Shown piece by piece: positions 1-10,200 of a stretch of 64,000 nt of DNA. The number at the start of each line of letters is the position of its first letter. Position 1 is the first letter of the stretch. This stretch comes from Amphiscolops sp. MND2022 (Eukaryota), in contig OZ076409.1 in assembly GCA_964187785.1 (NCBI GenBank), forward strand, positions 27,964,001 to 28,028,000, in the 5' to 3' direction. The notes under the pieces are model-generated. The model was given only the letters and a program-made list of their open reading frames with translations, ran no database searches and was not told the DNA's origin. Both the position numbers and the translations under genes were made by a program.

Positions 1-3000
1 ATGTTTTTAAATTTTAAACTATACTTACTTGCTCCTTCTACCCAAATTTAACGTTTTTGAATTCATTCATCATGAAGGGGGAGAACCAAACAATGACGAG
101 ACTCAGTACTGACAAAATTCCATTTCTGATGTGTATAAACATTCAATCGCTACGATGTCATCATGATGAACTTAAACTTGAACTAGATAACTACGACAAG
201 AAACCAACAATAATAGCGTTAACGGAAACATGGTTAACCGAGAATGACGCTCTGGAAAACGATTACAACTTCGAAACCTATCAACGAATTGAACATAAGC
301 CAAGAACCTCCGGTCAAGAACGAGGAGGCGTTGCTTTTTATGTACAAGAAGATCATAATTACAGAGTTGTTGAATTCCAGTGTGAAATTGAGTGTCTAAT
401 CATTCAAACAACTTTTCATGCGAATATTATCAGAAATTTTTGCGTTATATACAGGCCACATAGCCTAAAAATCCCGAACTTTTTGCAAGCGTTGGAACAT
501 TTACTCGAGTTTTTACGGAATTTGAAACATGACACTATTTTGTGCGGTGACTTTAACATTGATACAATAAAAGACTCGAAAGAAAAATTGGAATCTGAGA
601 ATTTACTTTTAGCATATGACTTCAAACGACAAAATTCTGATCCTACCAGGGTAACTCCAACATCCGCTACCTGCCTCGATCATATCTCGACAAGTTATCA
701 AATAAAAACTGAAACCATCAAAACAACAATCAGTGATCATTACACAGTCTTAAGAACAATACCTGGTGTTATCATGAAAGAATCTCCAAAAATTGAAGTG
801 AAACAAACGTATCGAGATATGCGCAAAATCAAAGGCGAGAATGCTTTGAATTTTTTGTTTATTCTTGATCAAACCTTGAACAAGTTTGAACCTTCAAAGC
901 AAATTGACCTAGAAACGATAGCAAAAACGATTATGCGTTGTGTAAATAAATTCGCTCCAGAACAAGAAACAACAGTGAGAAAAGTTTCGAGTGACTGGAT
1001 TACCAAAAAATTGAAGAAAGAAATCACAAGAAGAAACAAGTTTTTCCAAAAATGGATAAAATGTCCAACTGAGGAAAATAGAATTTTTTATAAAAAAACA
1101 GAGAAATATGGTGACAACATTGATAAAAAACGCCAAACGCCAGAGTAATTTTGATAGATTAGGAGAGAACCCAAGCGCAAAAACGATTTATCGAAACTTG
1201 AAGAGTCATAGGAGGTGTAACCAACCAGCTGTAAAGTTGCCTGATTTGGAAAAAACTAATCAATTTTTCACATCCATAGGATCAAAATTAGCCTCGTCTC
1301 TTCCTCCTGCGCATCACAAGTATGAAATCGAAAAACTTCAAAATTCTATGGTTTTAAATTACACGAATGAGTTGGAAGTTTCTAAAATAGTTGGAAGTTT
1401 AAAAAACAAGAAAAGCAGTGGTCACGATGGTATCAGTAACGAAATCTTGAAATGCTGTTCTCCAATAATTGAAAAATATTTAGTGCGAAGTTTTAATGAC
1501 TGTATTGAAAAACAAGTTTTTCCTGAATGTCTGAAAAATGCAAAAGTGTTACCGCTTTTCAAGAAGGGTGACGAAAGTCAACCAAGTAATTACCGACCTA
1601 TAACTCTTCTGAGCTCCCTGAGTAAAGTTTTCGAAAAACTCCTGCACAAACGAATGGTCAAGTTTTTCAACAAAAACAATCTGTTTACCCCAGTGCAGTA
1701 TGGCTTCAGAAAAAAATCTTCATGCGCACATGCAATAGCCGAAATCACTGATTTCATTAGAGGTGAAATTGATAAAAAATCAAGTGGAATTTCCTGTTTT
1801 ATTGATCTACAGATAGCTTTTGATTCATTAGACCATGGAATACTGTTAGCAAAACTGAGTAACTATGGATTCAGAGGCCCTATATACAATATAATGGTTG
1901 ACTATCTTTCAAACAGATCACAATATGTATATGCGAACGGGAATCGGAGTGATATTGCCAAAATTACAACTGGAGTACCACAAGGGTCAGTTCTAGGTCC
2001 CTTCTTGTTCCTCGTATATATCAATGATTTGCCCCAGATCCTTGGAAACGATAACAAGATGGCACTTTTCGCGGATGACACATCCATAATCAAGTCTGGA
2101 AAAACGAATTGTAACATGCAAAACGACTGAGATAAACTTTGTGATTGGTTCAATTATAACAAAATGTCACTGAACACCTCGAAATGTGAAACCATGTCAT
2201 TTGGTAACAACTATCAAAATACGCTCACAGTTCAAAACGAAGCCATGCCACGAAACACATGCTGTAAGTATTTGGGTGTGTTGATTGACTCGAAGTTGAC
2301 TTACAGAGATCATATTATTTACGTTGTAAAGCAGCTCAATAAATTTTGCGGCCTGATATATAGAGTTCGGGATATCTATCCAACAAAATGTCTATTGTTG
2401 TTTTATAATGCGTATGCTAAGTCTGTAATTTGCTATGGACTATTGGTTTATGGGAGAGCGGCGAAAACGAACCTTACCAAAATTGAAATGGCACAGAGGA
2501 GAATTATCAGAGCTATTTTATTCAAAAAGAAGTTTGACAGCTTGCAAAACATTCTGCACCAAACCACTTTAAATACAGTTTTTGAATTGTTCATTCAGGA
2601 TGTATTTCGAGAAATCTTTAATCAACTGAGATCTAATGGTACATCGAAACTTTCGAAACTCATTGCTGAATGGAAACAACGAAAAACGCGAGGATCGATA
2701 AAAAGCCTCTTACCAATACCCTACAGCCGAACGAAAAGTAAATCGAAGTCAGTTGAGCATACACTCATCAAAGGCTACAACTGGTTATTGCAAACGGATT
2801 TAATGCCTGGTAATATCGAAACCATGACCCAAACGCAAATCAAAACGTACCTGAAAAATCTAAATAGGCTATATATTACAGATAGTAGTGAACTTTTTGC
2901 TTTGTTTTTCCAATGATAAGGTCAGTCGCTGAAATTGAATCACAGCCGAAAAATTTATTATTCACATTAGTTGATCAATAAAGGATAAAAGCTTTGTTGT

Positions 3001-3195
3001 GTGAGATAAAGAGACTTCTGAAAAAGGAAGGTTAGATATGAGTTGGTCTGAATTTGGTTCTCTCTTATACAGGGCAAAAACTCGAAGAGCTGGTTTTGCT
3101 CCTTTTTCGTCCTGCTTGAACGTTTATTTTAGTCTTTTCATAATTATGTTGGATTATGTAATCGTTCAAGAAAAATAAACTTTCAAACTTTCAAA
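1..3195 (+). mobile_element. Non-LTR retrotransposon (LINE), CR1/L2-group-like; 5' part lies outside the window
   Basis: APE and RT coding region, then a 3' UTR with a hairpin (agggcaaaa...ttttgctcct, 3071-3103), AATAAA at 3174-3179 and a short tandem tail (CTTTCAAA)x2 at 3180-3195. Confidence 0.88.
57..2916 (+). pseudogene. LINE ORF2 (APE endonuclease + reverse transcriptase) with one frameshift and one premature stop
   Basis: APE motifs NIQSL, LTETW, GGVAFY, GDFN, LDHI, SDH. RT motifs YRPITLL, QYGFR, GVPQGSVLGP, FADD, KYLGV. Frameshift in the A-run near 1092-1098; in-frame TGA at 2128-2130, after which the frame continues DKLCDWFNYNKMSLN. Confidence 0.92.
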
Positions 3196-3784
3196 ATTAT
3201 AGCAACGGATTGGTTTTGAATGTTTATGCAGTTGACATTCGTAAAATTTCAAGCTCATTACGATACACGTACCGGCTTCCCGTTTAAACCTGGAAGAAAT
3301 TCGATCAAGCGTCAACAGCTTTAGGAAACAATTCAAAAAGCTCTGGAAGATGATTGATAATTCCTCCTGTGCTGTAAATTATCATAGCACGATCGGCATC
3401 ACTGGTTAACTGATAAAGATTAGTGTATATAGGGATGGGCTCAAGGGGGTGAATGTGCCAAATTATTAAATAAAATGCGCAATGGTTGATAAATTGATAT
3501 GAAAGAAAACAAGTTTAGATTTGCAAAATTTCAATGATTCTGTCAGGTTCTGGAAAGTCTATCGAGCTCGCTTTTAGGTCGAGCAAAAAAGATGGCATAT
3601 TATGAGGTTTCCATAATCAGAATGAATCCACCTTCTGCTCGACTTTCTGCTTCACTATTTTGAGCTATCAGGTTGAAAGTAATACCTTGAAGATAATTGT
3701 TTCCGCCTCAAACATATCCCATCAACCCTGGCTTGGGTTGTAATACACTTATCATGCACGACATGATTGGGAGAAAGAGAATGA

Positions 3785-6131
3785 TGTCACGACCCGCTCC
3801 CGGTCGTAATTTCTATTGCTGCAGCGGAATACCAGGCTTTGGAAGAGGCCGAGGACAAGGCCGAGGTAAACTTTACTAAACTAATTTAATCTTAAACTAA
3901 TCTAAAATTCTACTTACAGTACAGCTAAATTGATTGCAGATATTTTTCCGAATACAGAATCTAACGTAAGCGTTACGGAATATTTTCAGAAATGACTCTA
4001 AACAAGCTAAAACTTCCGGTCTAATGTTTTCACACGCAACGCCGTTTTATTTCCGGTCTCATCTTCTGAATTTTCCATTTCGGTCTAAATACTAAATAAT
4101 CTTGTAAATGGGATCATTTCTTCTGCTCCACACTGAAATGAAAACATTCAAAACAATATTCAACTCCGAGATCCCAACGGAGTCCATACAATCTAAAATG
4201 AAAGAACATACAGAAATATGGTGGAAATGTATTCCAATATTAAAGTAGTTGTTAAATATCCACTTAATACCGCATCCAAGTGGTTTTAAGTAAATGTTTA
4301 CAACGTTATGACAGCGTCACTCAACTAGGTTGGTAACGAGCGTTTCTATTTTTACGGACCAATAGCGTCGCTTGTTGACAGAATTATTTGTGCCGGTACT
4401 AGTTAGATTAAGCTTGGTTGCTAATAGCAACGCTTACTAGCTAAGAGAAAAGAATAGAACCGCCTACGCTTTCCGTTTCCACTCCGCTTACTACTGCTGC
4501 TCAGCCAAGAGCAATCTCAATGCGTACGGAACACTTACGGAACGGATTGTAAAATTGTATTCTGCTGCTCAGCTATAGGTAATCTTAATACGTAGCATCT
4601 ACGGAGCGGATTGTAAAATCACAAATGAGAAATACTGCTTCAAACGAAATCCAAACGAAGCTTTTTAAATCGATGCTTTTGGAAGATTTAAGAGTTATGG
4701 TTTTTACACAAGGGAAACTGTACTGTAGGGAAGAATGATAGAAAATTGCAATGATGATTTTTACGTTCTGGTTTTTATGTTTTATACTATCATCATGATA
4801 AATCACTAAAAACACGTTGACATTACGCCTTACTCAGTTCCTCATTAAGGGAACAAATCTACTCGATTTACTACAGCATTTAAAATATCTTAATGATAAT
4901 CCTAATATGGGACGTAAGGTCAACGTCAATTCATCGGTTTCAAGTCAATAGTGATAGTAACATTTCTATGATAATGACAATCGAGCTAGTGACCAGACTT
5001 CGATCATGTTTTGATAAATTTCATGATTATTGTGCAAAGTGTTGAAGTTGCTTTCCATTTATTATGAATATGTTGCGCTCATCTTTGTTGCATTACGTTA
5101 AAGTCCCGTTTGGGCTTAGTTTTGTGTTTGATGTAAATGATATAGCATACCATTAGTAGGTAATTCATATGTTTGAATTTGGGATTATAATTTCAGCATC
5201 GTTTGTTCCTTTATACCAAATTTCTACGTTTTTCCTCCGCTTCCAAGTTGATTCAATCCGTCGCGATTACGTCGCCATTTTCGAGTGTCATTCTTTTGCT
5301 TCGAAATTTAACTTCCCAAGTTGAGAATTGACTAATTGTTCATGCCGGCGTGCCTACGTTGATGGAAATGCAAGCTAGACTTTTGTTTTACCGCAATTTT
5401 GAGACTCAAACAGGAAGTGAGATTGCATGAACAAAAATGATTTCAACAAATTTTACGGAACGCTGACGTAACTAGGAATTTTGATGCCTGTTTTTACGAC
5501 GCGGGACTGAAATGATATGAATCATTAGCGCTTTTTGTTGAACAAACCCAATTTTTGTGATACCTAGGAATTTTTGGGTGAGGAACAAATGATGCTGAGA
5601 AAGTATAAATATGTAATACATACATGTAAACACACAGTTTTTGAATTGCCTTGTAACAATTAGTTCTGTTCCGTTACTATAACGTATCTAAAGATCTTTG
5701 AAGAATTCAACCTTTCCAAAGATACTTTCTCTCTCTCTCTCTCTCAATTAAAATGACAACTAGAAGCCAGAAAAGGAAAGCGGTAGCTGAGTTGGTCTCT
5801 GGTCATTTCGAAACCTCTGTAACCGAAAATCTTCCGCCTGAAGCTCTTGTAGCTAGTTCCAGCAAAATCCCTAGGATAGAATCTGAGGACTTAACTGAGA
5901 TAAAAACGTCACTAAGAAAGGAAATTATGTCTGATCTGACTAAAATACTTGCAGAAAATCAAAAGGAAATGCTCAAGCTGATAGCACCTTTAAACAAAAA
6001 ACAGACTGTCCATATGAATACTCAAGACTCGGACTCTGAACCTGAGAACGTCTCCGTCGCAAGAACGTCCACCCCCGTCAAAACCCACACTGCGACTAAC
6101 TCTAAAACAACACCAGTAAATAGTCGTAACA
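3785..6131 (+). repeat. 5' LTR of element A (2347 bp)
   Basis: Direct repeat of 18094-20438 with TG...CA ends and an 8/9 terminal inverted repeat. Candidate TATA box TATAAA at 5604-5609 and ATTAAA at 5747-5752. Confidence 0.97.
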
Positions 6132-7162
6132 TGGTGACAGGAGTCCTCAATGACTCTACCAACCAACCCGCGAAAAGACCGAAACAACAACGCGCACCCA
6201 ACGAACAGACAAAAGACCGTCCTTCAACATCTAAGATCCTGTTCGCGCCACAACCGCAAACATTTCCAGCTACCAATCTACTTCCGATGCCGAAAGCACT
6301 CACCGCTTCGCTTCCAGTCTTCGATGGTAAGTCCGAAAAGTTTGAACTTTTTGAGGACCTCTTTAGAAACAATATCAAAATGTACCCTCACCTAACCGAG
6401 ATACAAAAGATCAACTACTTTCACTCACTCCTACGAGGAAACGCACTACAAGCGTACTGTAACCTAGACGACACTAAAAAAGACAACTTAGAAGAAGTCA
6501 TCACAGCATTCAAACGTCGCTTTGGCGATTTCCAATCATCCGCTAAAGCGAGATGCGAGTGGGATGCCCTGCATTTCGACCCCACTAAACAAAAACTCCA
6601 TGAATTTCTTGACGTGTTACAAAAAACCGCAAAGGAAGCGTTTGGCTCAGAAGCCCAGAAATTCATTGACAAAGCCATATACGCTAAAATGCCGGATCAC
6701 GTCAAAAAGATCCTTAATAGAGCCTACCTAGAAGACAAACCCTATAACGATATTGTTTTACATCTCGAACGCGAAATGCGCCTCAACGGACTAGGAGCGC
6801 CCGATGAAACCACCCTAGTCCCTCTCAACACCGTGGACACAGCAGTGGCGGATGAAAAGAAAGAACAACAACAACGAGGCCATTGTTTCCACTGTGGGAA
6901 ATATGGCCATTACAAGGCACAGTGTCGCAGACTCCAAAGAGACCGCTACAACACCGCCAAAACGACTACAAAAAACCTAACCCAAAATGAAGCACCCAAG
7001 CCCAAGTGTGATACATGCGGTAAAATGCACAAAACCGAGAACTGTTGGAACGGAGCTAATGCGGCCAATGACCCCAGGAAACGCAAACATGAGTTCGCCA
7101 TACCCACAAACAAAATTGACGAACAACCCGTACCTACAACGTCGTCCCAAGCAAAAAACTGA
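5753..7162 (+). CDS. gag: Gag (469 aa); the first 126 codons lie inside the 5' LTR
   Basis: Capsid-like region (LPVFDGKSEKFELFE...) and two zinc knuckles, CFHCGKYGHYKAQC and the variant CDTCGKMHKTENC. Confidence 0.93.
   Translation: MTTRSQKRKAVAELVSGHFETSVTENLPPEALVASSSKIPRIESEDLTEIKTSLRKEIMSDLTKILAENQKEMLKLIAPLNKKQTVHMNTQDSDSEPENVSVARTSTPVKTHTATNSKTTPVNSRNMVTGVLNDSTNQPAKRPKQQRAPNEQTKDRPSTSKILFAPQPQTFPATNLLPMPKALTASLPVFDGKSEKFELFEDLFRNNIKMYPHLTEIQKINYFHSLLRGNALQAYCNLDDTKKDNLEEVITAFKRRFGDFQSSAKARCEWDALHFDPTKQKLHEFLDVLQKTAKEAFGSEAQKFIDKAIYAKMPDHVKKILNRAYLEDKPYNDIVLHLEREMRLNGLGAPDETTLVPLNTVDTAVADEKKEQQQRGHCFHCGKYGHYKAQCRRLQRDRYNTAKTTTKNLTQNEAPKPKCDTCGKMHKTENCWNGANAANDPRKRKHEFAIPTNKIDEQPVPTTSSQAKN
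6132..6143 (+). promoter_or_regulatory. Primer-binding site TGGTGACAGGAG
   Basis: Starts with TGG immediately after the LTR-terminal CA. The same 12-mer, with TGG>TAG, follows the 5' LTR of element B (32002-32013). Cognate tRNA not identified. Confidence 0.8.
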
Positions 7163-7206
7163 AGTCGCCGCGCCTACGCTTCGGGGAAAAAGTAGACGCG
7201 AGGGCG
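7153..7206 (+). promoter_or_regulatory. Putative -1 programmed ribosomal frameshift signal (gag-pol)
   Basis: Slippery A AAA AAC at 7153-7159 directly before the gag stop, followed by a GC-rich stem (cgcgcctac...gtagacgcg, cgcc...ggcg). The -1 frame is open from here into pol. Confidence 0.8.
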
Positions 7207-10200
7207 TACACCATCGAAGACCCCCCAAATAGGTATGAAGAAGATTTTTTCACAGAGTGTAATGAGGAACCAACTCAAGACTGGCAACGTCGCTGGAACG
7301 TTGGCATGATCCTCCGACACAATGCCAGACACCCAGACGATCCAACGCCACTACCCCAATGGATAACTGAATCACCGGACAACTATGCAACACTCAAGAG
7401 ACCCTTGCCCGAATCAAAAACTGAGCGTATCTACATTTACGATAGGGACTACAGATGCGATCCTTGGGACGAACCAACCATTTATGATACTAACAAACTC
7501 TCCTTCAAAATACAAGTCTCAAATCCCCAAGCACAATCCACAGAAATTATGGACCTACCATCACCACCATCGCCAATCTTAAAACGAACAACACCATCCC
7601 CAACAGTACCCGTCACCATCACGTCCACACCGATAGATGCTGAAAATATCATCTGCATCGAAGACAAAACAATATGGCAACAACAACAGCAAGCAGCACG
7701 AGAAAATGTCGACCCTCCAGTAACCTCCCCAAAAATCGCGCCTGTGACAACACTGATGAACGACGACGTAGAAATCACGGAATGTCCCTCAAAATTACCC
7801 GAAGATCTAGATGTCATCAAAGAATTCATACAACATGACAAAAATGACGACTACATTCCGTTAATGTCTTCCATCGCCCTTAAGAAGAAAAAACGAATGC
7901 TTTTTCTACCAGTCGAATTCAACAAGGTCAAAATCGACGCCTTAGTCGACTCAGGTGCGTACATTAACGCTATTAGCGAAAGAGACGCTGAAAAACTCCG
8001 ACAGCACGCTAGCCAATGCATCGTCAATAAAGCACCCCCACCCCCTTTCAAAGTGCAATATGCCAATGCTGAATTAGAACAACCACTCGCCACGTACACC
8101 CTACGTTTCAAAATAGGCGATTACACCTTTGAAGAAACATTCATCATCATGAATCAAACGTCATTTCCTATAATTGGATTAGCGTTCCTACGCAAGCATG
8201 CCGCAATCCTCGACACGGCACAAGGAACCATCGACTTCCCCAAAATCCAAATCACAATGGCGCTCACAGACGAAAGACAAAAATGCAATCCCAAGCCCAT
8301 TATGATAAAGACCGAAGCCAAACACACAATTCCAGCACACTCTACCCGAATCATATACGCAACAATTCCTGTGAGTACTGAACACTCGATAACAGGTACA
8401 ATACAACCCCTACCACAATTCGACGAATGCGCGAAGGTAATAGTAGCCCCAGCGATTACAACAGCCAGAGATAAAAAACTCCCAATTAAAATCGCCAACA
8501 CCACGGATTTCCCATACACAATAGCCACCGACACCAAAATGGCTGAACTGCAAATCCTGAAACCCGAAGAAACGAAGATGATCCGCCCAGTTGACATTGC
8601 CGCCCTGAATCTCCTCAATGAACATGACGATGTGGTCACGTACATCAACGCACTAATGCAAATAGAACGGCCCGAAGACAATGAAGAAAAATTCTGGTTT
8701 CCGACCCCAGAACACCCAGGCAATGAACAAGAACATTCGCCAATACAAAAGCGTATCTTGAAAGAATTGCGAGACCTTGCTGAACTAGAAAAACTTGACC
8801 CAACCGAAAACGAAGAGTCTCGCAACAAATTCCTATCAATGTTCAAATGGACAGACTCACTAATTGCGGGCAAAGATCGTGAGAACCTTGAGGACACCAT
8901 CGTCGAATTCAACGACATCTTCGCTCGACACCGACTAGATATCGGGATGAATACACAGTTCAAAGTCAGCCTAACACCACAGGATGACAAACCAGTCTAC
9001 ACACAGAGCTTACCTGTCCCGATCAACCTCAAAGAAGACCTAACAGTGGAACTGGCACTGATGCACCGTTACGGAATAATCACGACGCTTCCTTTCTCAA
9101 AGTACGCGAGCCCTATCTTTGCGCAACGAAAACCCAACGGCAAACTGAGACTACTGGTGGATCTACGAAAAATCAACGCCCTCATTGCTGATGACTACAT
9201 CAACAACAACCACCCTGTCAGCACCCTCTCAGATGCGGCACAACACCTAGCAGGGAAAAAACTATTCTGCAAGCTTGACTGCTCCCAGGCGTACCACTGC
9301 CTTCAAATGGCAGACCAAAGGTCAGTAGAGTTACTTGCTTTTAATTTTGCTAGTAGGACGTTCGCCTACCGTCGCCTGGCACAAGGACTAAGCAGGGCCC
9401 TATCAGCTTTTTCGAGCTTCATGCGTGAGTATCTGGACTCAGTCATCAAAGCCGACCAATGTGCACAATACGTAGATGACATTGGCATTGCCGCAAACAC
9501 AACGGAACAGCTCATAAAAAACATCAGAGCAGTCTTCAAATGTATTAGAAAAGCAGGACTAAAACTAACCATCGAAAAATGTCACTTTGGAGTAACCCAA
9601 ATCGAATTCCTTGGCCGAACCATCACCCCCGACGGAGTAGCCCCGCAAGATCAAAAAGTCAAAAATTTCCTCTCCAAAGTACGCTTCCCCAAATCCAAAA
9701 AACAAGTTCAAAAATACATTGGCTTCGTTAACTACTACCGCAACTACATACCGCGCTTATCAGAAAAACTCATCGGCATGTACGAACTCCTCAAAGCAGA
9801 CTCCAAGATCAGAATTTCAGAAGAACTTGTCGATAACTTTAAGGAAATCAACGCCAGTTTAGCGGAAGCTTGTGGACTCGCACTAAGACAACCTATACCA
9901 GGAAAACAGTACGTTCTAATGACGGACGCAAGCTTTCGCGCGTCAGGCTACGCTCTCATGATTGAGGAGAACGATGAACGCAAAATACTCTCCAAACGGA
10001 AAACTTTCGCACCAGTAGCGTTCGGATCACGAGTTTTTTCACCTGCACAACTGAAAATGTCTATCTACTGCAAGGAATTCTTAGCAATCTACCATGCATT
10101 CCTCGAATACAGCCACATACTATGGGAAGCAACAATTCCAACCCTGGTCTTAACAGACAACCGCTCAGTAACGAGATTCTTCCAAACCAAAACGACACCC

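Noticed and set aside
3697..3879. 60-aa ORF sharing its C-terminus with ORF3
   Set aside because: Chance fusion of flanking DNA with the ORF3 tail at the start of the 5' LTR; non-ATG start.
4585..4815. 76-aa minus-strand ORF duplicated at 18894-19124
   Set aside because: Duplicated only because it lies in the LTR; non-ATG start and no recognisable features.
8154..8990. 278-aa antisense ORF within pol, and similar smaller ones
   Set aside because: Shadow ORFs expected from the codon bias of the A/C-rich sense strand; no motifs or splice logic.
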